Notes: generated from the letters alone by a model not told the origin. Shown: positions 1-9,254, numbered from the stretch's first letter. The stretch: 45,962 nt of DNA from Opitutaceae bacterium (GCA_027482505.1 JAIXVY010000199.1:1-45962), one strand, 5' to 3'. Numbers and translations are program-made.

Positions 1-31
1 AGTTGGGAATAAGCGGAGCGTTAGTTTTTGG

Positions 32-172
32 ACACGGAGGGCACGGAGCGCGGACACGGAGTGTGGGGAGGTGGGTGGTGCCTTTGGCGCCAGCCAAGGC
101 GTGGCGTGAGCTGTTGTCTTGGGATGGATTGGTCTCCGTAAACTCTGCGTCGGGTCTCTGTGTTCTCCGTGG
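32..172. repeat. Palindromic REP/MITE-like element, copy 1 (CACGGAG arms)
   Basis: Left arm ACACGGAG-GGCACGGAG-..ACACGGAG; right arm CTCCGT-..CTCTGCGT-..CTCTGTG-TT-CTCCGTGG. The core GGAGGTGGGTGGTG..TTTGG..GCCAAGGC..GGCGTG is shared with 1153-1297. Lies just 3' of the acetamidase gene. Confidence 0.85.
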
Positions 173-185
173 AAAAGATCGGATG

Positions 186-1124
186 TTAGTCGAAAATGGC
201 CTCGGGGAGGTAGGCGGTGATGGTGGTGGTGGGGACGTTGACGAGCTGGCTGACCTTCAGGTCGAGCACGACGCTGCAAAGGGTGTAGGCCATCTGGGGC
301 GTCACTCCGAGGCGGTCGACGATGAACTCCATCGCGCGGCGGACGGCGCGTTTGCAGGCCTCGCGCGGGTCGGCGTCGCTCTCGATGAACATATGCCAGG
401 GTTTCGTGGCGTAGCGCGGGGGCGTGAAGCTCTGCGCGGGGAAAATGGCGTAGGGGCCGGCGAGGGTGCGCGTAGGTTTTTTGTGGATACGGAAGGTGTA
501 GGTGGCGTCCATCGGCGCCTCCATGCCGTTGATGCCGACTTCGCCGTCGCCTTGGGCGGCGTGGCAGTCGCCGGTGAGCACGCCGGCGCCGGGGGTGAAG
601 ACGGGCAGGAAGAGGCGGGTGCCGGCGGCGAGGTGGCGGACGTCGAGGTTGCCGCCGAAGGGGCCGGGGGCGCGGGTGCGAAATTCGCCGGGCTCGGCGC
701 GCTGCACGCCGATGATGCCGGCGAAGGGGTGCAGATCGAGGGTGACGCCGGGGAAGCTGCGCGTTTGCCCGCCCTCGAGTTTCCAGAGGAAAAGGTGGTG
801 CTCGGGGAACTCGCCGGCGAGGAGGCCGAGGCCGGGGATGAGGCTGGTCCAGGCGAAGCCGTGGTGGGCGTAGGACTCGATGATGATTTCGAGGGTGTCG
901 CCGGGCTCGGCGCCGTCGATGGCGACGGGGCCGGTGAGGGAGTGGATCTTGAGGGGATTGAACTCGGCGGCGAACCGGGCGGCGGTCCAGTCGGGGCGCA
1001 CTTGGTAGCCCGAGGAATCGGCGCACCGGAAGGTGACGGTGTCCCCGGGGGCGATGGTCAGGCGCGGGGGCGTGGCGTTGTTCCAGCGGTCGCAGAAGGG
1101 TTCGGGGCTGAGCGTATGATGCAT
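186..1124 (-). CDS. Acetamidase/formamidase family protein
   Basis: 312 aa with family motifs HSLTGPVAIDGAEPGDTL, PGPFGGNLD, LFLPV..PGA...GDCHAAQGDGEV and a C-terminal AYTLCS...DLKVSQLVN. Confidence 0.92.
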   Translation of the reverse strand: MHHTLSPEPFCDRWNNATPPRLTIAPGDTVTFRCADSSGYQVRPDWTAARFAAEFNPLKIHSLTGPVAIDGAEPGDTLEIIIESYAHHGFAWTSLIPGLGLLAGEFPEHHLFLWKLEGGQTRSFPGVTLDLHPFAGIIGVQRAEPGEFRTRAPGPFGGNLDVRHLAAGTRLFLPVFTPGAGVLTGDCHAAQGDGEVGINGMEAPMDATYTFRIHKKPTRTLAGPYAIFPAQSFTPPRYATKPWHMFIESDADPREACKRAVRRAMEFIVDRLGVTPQMAYTLCSVVLDLKVSQLVNVPTTTITAYLPEAIFD

Positions 1125-1152
1125 GAAAGGCGGGTGGGATGTTGGGTTTTAA

Positions 1153-1297
1153 ACACGGAGGGCGCGGAGCTCTGACACGGAGTTTTCGGGAGGTGGGTGG
1201 TGACTTTGGGGCCCGCCAAGGCAGGGCGTGGGGAGTGGATGTTTTTAAACTGGATTGGCTCCGTGAGCTCCGTGTCGGGGCTCCGTGTTCTCCGTGG
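1153..1297. repeat. Palindromic REP/MITE-like element, copy 2
   Basis: ACACGGAG-GGCGCGGAG-..ACACGGAG ... CTCCGTG-AG-CTCCGTG-..CTCCGTG-TT-CTCCGTGG with the same core as 32-172. Abuts the amidohydrolase stop codon (1298-1300). Confidence 0.85.
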
Positions 1298-2536
1298 CTA
1301 AAAAAGATCGGCAGTTTGGTAGAGCGGGCGGCCGAGGCGGTAGGTGGCGAGGACGTCGTCGGGGGTGACGCGGGTGACGACGCTGGCGACGATGTGGCGG
1401 CTGTGGCGGAGGTGGCCCTTGGTGAAGTCGAGGACGACGAAGGTGGCGGGCAGGCCGACCGCGAGCGCGCCGTGATGGTCGCCACCGAGGACGGGGCGGA
1501 TGTTGCTGGTGGCCATTTTCAGGATGGCGGCGGGATCGGGGGAGAGGGCGTCGGCGAACTGGGACTTGGCGACCTTGTAGGTGAAATCGAGTTCGGCGAG
1601 GAGGTTGGGCGAGTTGAGCATGCCGTTGTCGGTGCCGAGGAGGAGGTTCGCGCCGGCGCGGAGGAGGGCGGCGACGGGCGGAAGGGGGAGGCCGAGGTTC
1701 GCGTTGGCGCGGGGGTTGATGGCGGCGGTTTTTTCCGAGCGGACGAGGAGGGCGATCTCGTCGGCGTCGGCCACGGTCAGGTGGACGACGAGGTGCGGGT
1801 CGTAGAGTTCGAGCGCGCGGGCGAGGTCGCCGCGGCCGGTGGTGGCGAGGGAGAGCTCGCGGTAGCCGGCGTTTTCGAGGCAGTGGATGGCGCGGAGTTT
1901 TCCCTTCGACGCGGTGAGGGCGCGAATCTCGGCCCAGGCGGCGTCGGTGAGGTCGTTCATCGTGCTCTCGGAGAAGCCGTCGGCGACGGAGAGCATGCGC
2001 TCGAGTTCGGCGCGGTGGGCGGGCGGGAGCGCGTGGCCGGGGCGGTTGGCGCGGAGATCCGCTTCGGCGAAGGGGGATTCGTTGAACTGGTTCAGGATGA
2101 TCGACTCGACGCCGGTGTTGATCGAGGCGGCGCGGAGGAGCTCGGCGCCGGCGGGGCCCTGCTCGCGGAAGTCGAGGTGGCAGACGGTGCCGGTGCGCGC
2201 CATGTAGCGGAGATGGGCCTCGAGGTGGGGGAGGTGGGTGTCGGGCGTGAGCCTGGCGAGTTCGCGGTATTTGTAGCCGGCGGGACGAAAAAACGCCTCT
2301 TCAAGAGTCAGGCCGGTGGCGCCGTCGGGCAGGGCGGAGTCGCCCATGTGGGTGTGGCCGTTGTAGAGGCCGGGGATGACGACGCGCGCGCCGGAGTCGA
2401 TCGTAGTGGCTGGACCGATACAATCGGTCGCGGTGATGGTGTCGGCGGACCAGGCGAAACGGGAGCAATTGAAGGGCGCGAGCTCGGGGCCGAGGAGAAC
2501 GACGCAGTCGGTGAGTTGGCCGGAGGACGCGGGCAT
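1298..2536 (-). CDS. Metal-dependent amidohydrolase (deaminase/chlorohydrolase-like)
   Basis: 412 aa with the TIM-barrel amidohydrolase metal-binding motifs PGLYNGHTHMGD (HxH), IHCLE, VHLT and LGTDNG. Confidence 0.9.
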   Translation of the reverse strand: MPASSGQLTDCVVLLGPELAPFNCSRFAWSADTITATDCIGPATTIDSGARVVIPGLYNGHTHMGDSALPDGATGLTLEEAFFRPAGYKYRELARLTPDTHLPHLEAHLRYMARTGTVCHLDFREQGPAGAELLRAASINTGVESIILNQFNESPFAEADLRANRPGHALPPAHRAELERMLSVADGFSESTMNDLTDAAWAEIRALTASKGKLRAIHCLENAGYRELSLATTGRGDLARALELYDPHLVVHLTVADADEIALLVRSEKTAAINPRANANLGLPLPPVAALLRAGANLLLGTDNGMLNSPNLLAELDFTYKVAKSQFADALSPDPAAILKMATSNIRPVLGGDHHGALAVGLPATFVVLDFTKGHLRHSRHIVASVVTRVTPDDVLATYRLGRPLYQTADLF

Positions 2537-2575
2537 GGGACGGGGAGGGAGGAGCAGGGAGCCGGAACCGCGGAT

Positions 2576-3394
2576 CTAGGTTGCCAGGCGGATGGTCAGC
2601 GCCTCGACCGGCGCGGCGGCGCAGGCGGCGCGGAAGGCGGCGAGATCGGCGCAGGCGGAGGCGGGGATGTGGCGGGCGGGCACGGTGAAGGAGAGCTCGG
2701 GGCGGTCGAAGGGCCAGGGGTCGACGCGGAAGGCGCCGCCCAGCGGGGTGCAGGCGAGGGTGCGGCGGACGCCGGCGGAGTCGAGATGGGTGTGGCGGAC
2801 GGGGCGGGGCTGGTCGTAGCCCACGCAGACGAGCAGGGAGAGGTTGTCGCAGAACTGGAGGAATTCGAAGGCGCGGCCGAGCTGGGCGGGAGTGGCGTGG
2901 GCGGCGAGGTCGGGCGGGAGCGAGGCGGCGAGCTCGGCCTGGCGGCGGAGCTGGCCGGCGATGAAGTCGGCGTGGAGGGCGCGGTCGGCGGGTTTCAGGG
3001 TGCTGAGGTCGGCCTGTTCGGTGAGCAGGTTGACCGTGTGCATGGAGATGAGGATGGCGGCGTAGGGATCGTCCTGCGCGACGGCCTCGGTGGCGGCGCC
3101 GCGCACGGCGAGGTAGTCGGCGAGATCGATTTCCTCGAAGGCGGAGTAGCTGCCGACGAGTTCGCGGGTGAAGGCGGAGGGGCGGCCCTCGCGGGTGAGG
3201 CAGGGCGCGGCGTCGCGCGCGGCCCAGGCGTCGTCGTGGCGGGCGACGGCGGCGATGACGTGGGGCATCACCCCGGCGGGGGCGGGCGCGGGAAACTGCG
3301 CGTTGCCCCAGTGTTCGGCGAAGCGGCCGGCGAGGCGGGCGTGTTCCTGGTGGGCGACGAGGGCGTAGCCGGCGGGGGTTGCGATGCGGATCAT
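2576..3394 (-). CDS. DUF3891 family protein
   Basis: MIR...LVAHQEHARLAGRFAEHWGN, ARHDDAW, DPYAAILISMH, LQFCDNLSL, VDPWPF match the DUF3891 pattern as I recall it. Start trimmed to ATG 3394; 3415 is an alternative. Confidence 0.8.
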   Translation of the reverse strand: MIRIATPAGYALVAHQEHARLAGRFAEHWGNAQFPAPAPAGVMPHVIAAVARHDDAWAARDAAPCLTREGRPSAFTRELVGSYSAFEEIDLADYLAVRGAATEAVAQDDPYAAILISMHTVNLLTEQADLSTLKPADRALHADFIAGQLRRQAELAASLPPDLAAHATPAQLGRAFEFLQFCDNLSLLVCVGYDQPRPVRHTHLDSAGVRRTLACTPLGGAFRVDPWPFDRPELSFTVPARHIPASACADLAAFRAACAAAPVEALTIRLAT

Positions 3395-3512
3395 GGCGGG
3401 TTTCAGCGCATCCAAGCACAGGCGGTGCCAGCAATCGGTGGCGAAAGGCGCCCGGCTGGTGATCCGGGCGCGAAAGGCGGGTTTTTGTAGGGCGCGCGGC
3501 CGCGGCGCTTCG

Positions 3513-4325
3513 TCAGGGCGTCTCGGCGGCCACGGGATTGGTCAGCGTGCCGATGCCTTCGATCTCGATGGCGACGGTGTCGCCGGGGTTGAGGAAACGG
3601 GGCGGGGTGAAGGCGGCGCCGACGCCGGAGGGCGTGCCGGTGAGGATGACGGTGCCGGGGAGGAGGGTTTTGCTGGCGCTGAGGAAGGCGATGAGAGTCG
3701 GAATGTCGAATATGAGGTCGGCGGTGGTGGACTCCTGGCGCAGTTCGCCGTTCACGCGCGTGCGGATGGCGAGGCGGCCGGGATCGGGAAGCTCGTCGGC
3801 GGTGACGAGCACGGGGCCGAGCGGGCAGAAGGTGTCGAAGCCCTTGCCTTGGCAAAACTGGCCGCCGCCCCACTTGAACTGCCAGTCGCGGGCGGAGACG
3901 TCGTTGGCGATGGTATAGCCGAGGATGTGGTCGTAGGCGCGTTCGCGGGGGACGTTCCGGGCCGCGCGGCCGATGACGACGGCGAGTTCGCCCTCGTAGT
4001 CGACCTCGTGGGAGGCGTTTTGGGAGCGGGGCAGCAGAATGGGGTCGCCGGGGTTTTGCAGGGCGTTCGTGGTTTTCACGAAGATCATGGGGAACTGCGG
4101 CAAGGGGCGGCCGACCTCCTCGGCGTGGCTGCGGTAGTTGAGGCCGACGCCGAGGATGTTGGGGGCGGCGACGGGCGCGAGGAGTTTGCCGGGCGTCGCC
4201 GGGCGACCGGTCGGGCGGAGGCCGCCGGTCGCGAACGGGTCGCCCTCCAAGGCGAGGGCGGAGCCGTCGGGTTGAAGGGCGGCGTAGACTGGGCCTTGGG
4301 GAGATAGGTGGCGGATGATGCGCAT
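3513..4325 (-). CDS. Fumarylacetoacetate hydrolase (FAH) family protein
   Basis: GVGLNYRSH, VDYEGELAVVIG, GYTIANDVSARDWQ, GKGFDTFCPLGP, TLLPGTVILTGTPSGVG. Real start taken as MRIIRH at 4325; the longer ORF overlaps bcp. Confidence 0.93.
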   Translation of the reverse strand: MRIIRHLSPQGPVYAALQPDGSALALEGDPFATGGLRPTGRPATPGKLLAPVAAPNILGVGLNYRSHAEEVGRPLPQFPMIFVKTTNALQNPGDPILLPRSQNASHEVDYEGELAVVIGRAARNVPRERAYDHILGYTIANDVSARDWQFKWGGGQFCQGKGFDTFCPLGPVLVTADELPDPGRLAIRTRVNGELRQESTTADLIFDIPTLIAFLSASKTLLPGTVILTGTPSGVGAAFTPPRFLNPGDTVAIEIEGIGTLTNPVAAETP

Positions 4326-4434
4326 GGGTTCGAGGTGAAGTCGCGGTGCGGTATGGCGTCTACCATGATTTGTGCCGCGTTGGCTTGCGAGCCTGCGCGC
4401 GCGGGCTTCGTTACGCGGGTTGTTCGTAAACACC

Positions 4435-4959
4435 ATGAAACGCCTCCTCGCCCTCGCGGGCCTCTTCCTCGCCATGTTTTCCTTCTCTTCCGCCAATCCC
4501 GTGAACGTGGGCGATCCCGCCCCGGCCGCCGTCGCGCTCTCCGACGCGGGCGCGAAGATAGACCTGGGCGAGGTGTATGCCAAAAACAAATACACCCTGG
4601 TCTATTTCTACCCCCGGGCCGACACGCCCGGCTGCACCGCGCAGGGCTGCTCGCTGCGCGACGCCTACGAGAAGCTGGCCGAGAAGGGCGTGGCGATTTT
4701 CGGCGTGAGCACCGACTCGGTGAAGGCGCAGGCGGACTTCAAGGCGAAATATAACCTGCCGTTCACGCTGCTGGCTGACACGGAGAAGGCCGTCCTCAAG
4801 GCTTTCGGCGTGGGTTCGCTCTTCGGGTTTTCGAGCCGCCAGGCCTACCTGATCCACGAGGGCAAGGTGGTCTACGCCGACCACAAGGGCACGACCAAGC
4901 AGCAGGCCGACGACATCCTCGCCTTCCTCGCCGGCACGGGGCCGGCCTCGAAGAACTGA
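4435..4959 (+). CDS. bcp: Peroxiredoxin, BCP/PrxQ subfamily, with N-terminal signal peptide
   Basis: FYPRADTPGCTAQGC (PxxxTxxC plus resolving Cys), GVSTDS, LPFTLLAD. Signal-like MKRLLALAGLFLAMFSFSSA. Confidence 0.88.
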   Translation: MKRLLALAGLFLAMFSFSSANPVNVGDPAPAAVALSDAGAKIDLGEVYAKNKYTLVYFYPRADTPGCTAQGCSLRDAYEKLAEKGVAIFGVSTDSVKAQADFKAKYNLPFTLLADTEKAVLKAFGVGSLFGFSSRQAYLIHEGKVVYADHKGTTKQQADDILAFLAGTGPASKN

Positions 4960-5006
4960 GCGCCGGTCCGGTCGAGGCGACGCGTTTTTAGTCCGGTTTC
5001 TTTTCC

Positions 5007-5035
5007 GCCCCGCGCGATTTCGCGCGGGGCTTTTT
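5007..5035 (+). terminator. Intrinsic terminator hairpin between convergent bcp and rsmE
   Basis: GCCCCGCGCG-ATTT-CGCGCGGGGC followed by TTTTT. Confidence 0.8.
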
Positions 5036-5817
5036 CATGCCTCGGTGTCGCAACGGAGGACGGAGAGGGCGAAGGCCGCGGCGGTGTCGCAGCGCAGGAC
5101 GAGCGGGCCGAGGCTGGCGGGAGTCCAGCCGGCGGCGAGCGCCGCGCCGACCTCCTCCGCGGTCAGGTCGCCCTCGGGGCCGATCAGCCAGGCGGCGGAG
5201 CGTGGCGGGCGGCCGTCGTGCGCGGCGCGAAAGTCGGCGAGCACGTCGCGCAGCGGCCGCGCTCCGGGATGCAGGCTGGCCACGAGTCTCAACTCGGCCT
5301 CGCGGACCTGCGGCCGGTCGAGAAACACGTCCACGGCGAGCACGGGGGCGATGTCGGGCAGGAAGGGGTTGCCGCACTGCTTGGCGGCCTCGATCGCGGT
5401 GGTGCGCCACTTCTCGATTTTTTTATCCGCCCGGTCGGCCTCCAGACGCACTTCGCTGCGCGAGGTGGCCAGGGGCACGATGGAGGCTGCGCCCAGTTCG
5501 GTGGCCTGGCGGACGATTTCCTCCATCACGCCGCCCTTGGGCAGGCCTTGGCCGAGGATAAGCGCGCAGGGGAGGGGAGGGCGGGTGGCGGAGGACTCGA
5601 TGCGGAGAATGGCGGACTTCTTGGCCTCCACGCGCTCGAGGCGACAGATCCATTCCGCGCCTTGGCCGTCGAAAGCCACGACCGCGTCGCCCGGGCGGGC
5701 GCGGTTCACGTTTACCAAATGATGCGTTTCCGCCTGCGGCAGGACGATTTCCGTGGAATTACCCCCGGTTCTTGTCGGCCGGGTGGCGGGGGGCAGATAA
5801 ACGCGGAAGTCGGGCAT
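5035..5817 (-). CDS. rsmE: 16S rRNA m3U1498 methyltransferase
   Basis: HHLVNVNR, VVAFDGQG, MEEIVRQATELGA, IEAAKQCG, LIGPEGDL, SLGPLVLRCDTAA (SPOUT). Start MPDFR at 5817. Confidence 0.95.
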   Translation of the reverse strand: MPDFRVYLPPATRPTRTGGNSTEIVLPQAETHHLVNVNRARPGDAVVAFDGQGAEWICRLERVEAKKSAILRIESSATRPPLPCALILGQGLPKGGVMEEIVRQATELGAASIVPLATSRSEVRLEADRADKKIEKWRTTAIEAAKQCGNPFLPDIAPVLAVDVFLDRPQVREAELRLVASLHPGARPLRDVLADFRAAHDGRPPRSAAWLIGPEGDLTAEEVGAALAAGWTPASLGPLVLRCDTAAAFALSVLRCDTEA

Positions 5818-6130
5818 GGCGGGCGGCGTGTGGAAACAAACGCGCCGCGCGGGACGTCGCCAACCCTCAAAAAGAGGAGAGGCGGCCTCCGGTAACCACC
5901 CGGGGGCCGCCTCTGCCAGCAAACCAAGCAACCAAGCAAACAACTGATGACGCAGAGATAGACCGGCGGGGCCGGAAAACATTCAAAGTTCGGAAAAGAT
6001 TTTTTTCGGCGAGGCGGAGAACGGAAATAGTTGTTCGGGAAAGGTCGTCCGCTCCCGGCCATCCGGAAAGCGGGTTTGAGGTTTACACCGGTCGCAGATC
6101 GCTTTGCCTAGGTTTGCTTTCGCGATCCAA

Positions 6131-6212
6131 GCCCGGGTGGCGGAATTGGCAGACGCAGTAGACTCAAAATCTTCCGACGAAAGTCTTGTGGGTTCGACCC
6201 CCACCCCGGGCA
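6131..6212 (+). tRNA. tRNA-Leu(CAA), CCA not encoded
   Basis: Acceptor GCCCGGG/CCCGGGC-A, D-arm GGCGGAATTGGCAGACGC, anticodon loop CT-CAA-AA, long variable arm, T-loop GGTTCGACCC. Confidence 0.95.
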
Positions 6213-6941
6213 CTTATGCTATTGGTATATAGAGACTTGGATTTTAATTCGGCTTCCCATCCATTTTCCAGGATTAATTGTGGGGTTATCTGGCGCGCGG
6301 CATGCGCGTTTTTGCCAATGGTAGATGGGGTCGGCAGATATGGCAGACGCTGACCTCCTCCCACACGGGTTTCACCTGAACCGCGTCCTGTTTTCGGCAA
6401 GATGAACCTTAGCCGCAGCATCCGCTTTTGTGTGCAGACTTAGTCCGCCGCCTCGGAACCGCATCGTTCAAGGAGTCTGCGCATGCTAATCTCTACTTCT
6501 TGGAAACCCTAGCGCTCGGGCGCTGGATCAGAGGTGCTTTGGCAGGAACATTGGCCAACGGAGTGGGCACTGTTGCCCAACGTTTCGATAGGTTCCGGAT
6601 CTTCGTCGAACGGATCGAGCTTGCCGCCAACGGCTACCACATGCCAATCGGAACGTGGCAAGCACGCTAAGCCGAGGATGACGCCTCGGTTGCGCCGCAC
6701 CCGGCTGTTGCAAACTTCAAATCGCGTTGGAGCATCGAGATTGTTTGCGCGGAGCGAGTCCAGGTCGGGTTTGGCGCGCGCTACCTCAGTGGCGCCTCGC
6801 AGACCAAGGCACTTAAGCTGCGCGTTCGCTACTCGGTGAGCCCGCAATTTTTGACCAAGGCGAGTTCAGCTTCAGCTCTGGAAGCAGGTGCACTGCGAGC
6901 GCCCGGCTGCTCCCCAAGCCCCGCATACCTTGAGGCATGCT

Positions 6942-9254
6942 TCAATAGGCGAGCACGGAGATATCGAAAAGCGCCGCAGGGACGTCGCCATGCGCGGGGC
7001 CGAGAAAGAGCTCTATGCGGTCGGTGAGGAGCGGGGCGGGCAGGGTGATCTCCACGCGGGTGAGGTGGCCGTCGGTTTCGCGGGCGAGTTCGCGCCCGGT
7101 GGCATCGCGCAGGCTCCACGTCCGCACCCGGAAGGGAACCACGCGTTCGGGGTGGCCCCAGAGGCTGGTCTCGGCGGGGTGGTCGTAGTCGGCGTCAAAG
7201 GTGAGCCAGACGCGAGAGATGGTCACGGGCGCGGGCCAGCGCAAGGTGAGCTTGGGTGCGGGATCGGACGCGTCGGCCACCCAGGCGTGGGGGCGGTCGG
7301 TGGGACGGGAGACGCCGTCTCGCAAAGCCGCGAGGGGCCACGCGCGCAACGGAGGATCGAGGCGCAGGGCGAAGTTGTGTCCGCCGGGACGGCGCTCGGG
7401 TGTCCAGAACTCGAAGCGCTCGACGCCGATGTCGCGGGCGGCGGGCGGGGTTTGTTCGCCTAATTTCGAGACGTCGGGGTTCACCCATTTGCGCACGCTC
7501 AGCAGCCCCGTTACGCGCTTGTTGGTGGTGCGGACGCTCACGGACTCGTTCTTCAGCAGGCAAAGGAAGACGTAGCGGGGGCGGTCGATCACCACGTCGG
7601 AAAAATCGAGCGCGATGGACTGCCCGAGCCCCAGAGCGAGCGGAATGGTGCGCGAGGCAAGGAGGAGGTCGGGCGTGTGGTTTTCCGGGTGGTCGGAGGT
7701 GCGAAGCTCGACCGTCAGACTCGCGGCGGCGGCGACATCCACGATCAAGCCGACAGACGGGGCGGGGCCGGCGTCGAGGGGAAGCATCTGCGCGGTGGAG
7801 AAGCGCAGCGGCATCACGGGGCCGTCGTCGGGGAGGACGTGCAGCGCGTATTCGCTCGAGCATGACAAGGTCGCCGAGCGCGCGAGATCGGCCGGGTCGG
7901 CCAGGCGGGCGCGGCGCGGGAGGTGCTGACCGCGACGAAGCAACGCAGTCTGCAATGCGGCGAGACGTTCGGGCGTGAGCAGTTCGCGGGCGGAGCGCAG
8001 GCCGGCGCGTCGCAGGTGGGCGACGGCGACGCCCACCGCCTGTCCGCCGTGGGCGCCGGTGCCCATGACGCGGGTGGAGCCAAAGGCGACGTGGGTCACC
8101 GAGATGATGCGGCCGGCGAGGAAGAGGTTGTCCACGTTGCGCGAATACAGGCAGCGGTAGGGAATCTGATAGACGCCGCGGGAGTGCCATTGGTCGCAGC
8201 CCTTGCGCGGGCTGTAGACTCCGTCGGCTGGATGCAGGTCGATGGACCAGCCTCCGTAGGACACGACGTCGGGGTGTTCGAGTTGTTCGATGAGGTCGCG
8301 CTGGTTCAGCAGGTAGTCGCCCTCGAAGCGGCGGCTTTCCCGTTTTCCGGGGATGGTGCCAACCCATTCGAGGGTGAGATTGGCTGCCTCGGGAAACTGG
8401 CCGGAGTTCTTGATGTGGTGCCACACGCCGTAGACGACCTTCCAGAGCTCCCACTTGATCGCCTCGGTGTCGTGTATGGTGTCTAGGCGGCCGCCGTATT
8501 CGATCCACCAGAGTTTGCACCCATGCTCACGGACGTTGAAGCCTCGCCAACGGGGAATCTGCGTGATGTCCATCAACGCAAAGGCGGGGGGCACATAGGT
8601 GACGGGGCGCCCGGTGTCCTTGGTGTAGAAGTAGAGCGAGTGGCCGAGCAGTTCGCCGTATTGGGCGTCGGGCGCGAATTTCTCGTCGAACTCGTCCTGC
8701 GACTCTGCGCCCATGCGGAAGGCCGCGCCGGCGAGAAAGCCGACGATCCCATCACCAGTGGCGTCGCAAAACCAGGGAGCGGAGACAGTGTAGCGGGTGG
8801 AATTTTGCGGGCAAAAGGCCTCCACGGAAGCGATGCGGGAGGGCTCGGCCGGATCCATCGCCACGGCGTGGACGGCAGTGTTGAGGAGAAGGGTCAGGGT
8901 GGGCTCGGCTCGGACTTTTTCGAGCAGCAGGGTGTCCCAGAGAAGGGTGTTGCCCTCGGGGTTGCGCCAGAGGTTCTCCATCACGATCTCGTCGATGACG
9001 CCGCCTTCGCGAGCCCAGCGGTTGTTGTTGGCCAGGTGCGCGGTGGCGCCGAGGGTCCAAAGGCGGACTTCGCTGGAGGAGTTTCCGCCAAGCACGGGGC
9101 GGTCTTGGACGAGGACGACGCGCAGGCCCTCGCGGGCGGCGGCGATGGCGGCGCAGAGACCGGAGAGGCCTCCGCCTAGGACGGCGAAATCAGTGGTGAT
9201 GTCTTCGTGGCGGAGCGAGCGGTCTGCGGCAGGGGAAGGCGGGGCGAGGAACAT
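6942..9254 (-). CDS. FAD-dependent oxidoreductase (FAD_oxidored/PF12831-like) with C-terminal beta-sandwich extension
   Basis: 770 aa. VLGGGLSGLCAAIAAAREG, QDRPVLGGNSSSE, DATGDG, GKRESRRFEGDY, GGWSIDLHP, YQIPYRCLYS, STRVMGT. Confidence 0.88.
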   Translation of the reverse strand: MFLAPPSPAADRSLRHEDITTDFAVLGGGLSGLCAAIAAAREGLRVVLVQDRPVLGGNSSSEVRLWTLGATAHLANNNRWAREGGVIDEIVMENLWRNPEGNTLLWDTLLLEKVRAEPTLTLLLNTAVHAVAMDPAEPSRIASVEAFCPQNSTRYTVSAPWFCDATGDGIVGFLAGAAFRMGAESQDEFDEKFAPDAQYGELLGHSLYFYTKDTGRPVTYVPPAFALMDITQIPRWRGFNVREHGCKLWWIEYGGRLDTIHDTEAIKWELWKVVYGVWHHIKNSGQFPEAANLTLEWVGTIPGKRESRRFEGDYLLNQRDLIEQLEHPDVVSYGGWSIDLHPADGVYSPRKGCDQWHSRGVYQIPYRCLYSRNVDNLFLAGRIISVTHVAFGSTRVMGTGAHGGQAVGVAVAHLRRAGLRSARELLTPERLAALQTALLRRGQHLPRRARLADPADLARSATLSCSSEYALHVLPDDGPVMPLRFSTAQMLPLDAGPAPSVGLIVDVAAAASLTVELRTSDHPENHTPDLLLASRTIPLALGLGQSIALDFSDVVIDRPRYVFLCLLKNESVSVRTTNKRVTGLLSVRKWVNPDVSKLGEQTPPAARDIGVERFEFWTPERRPGGHNFALRLDPPLRAWPLAALRDGVSRPTDRPHAWVADASDPAPKLTLRWPAPVTISRVWLTFDADYDHPAETSLWGHPERVVPFRVRTWSLRDATGRELARETDGHLTRVEITLPAPLLTDRIELFLGPAHGDVPAALFDISVLAY

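Noticed and set aside
32-1297. CACGGAG repeats as a CRISPR array
   Set aside because: Units are 7-9 nt, arranged as inverted arms without unique spacers, and no cas genes are present.
3-3490. Long plus-strand ORFs 3..1175 and 1139..3490
   Set aside because: Antisense shadows of the acetamidase, amidohydrolase and DUF3891 genes.
6213-6940. Short ORFs downstream of tRNA-Leu as an integrase or toxin-antitoxin pair
   Set aside because: No convincing R-H-R-Y recombinase or TA motif in any listed frame. Treated as degenerate island-edge DNA.
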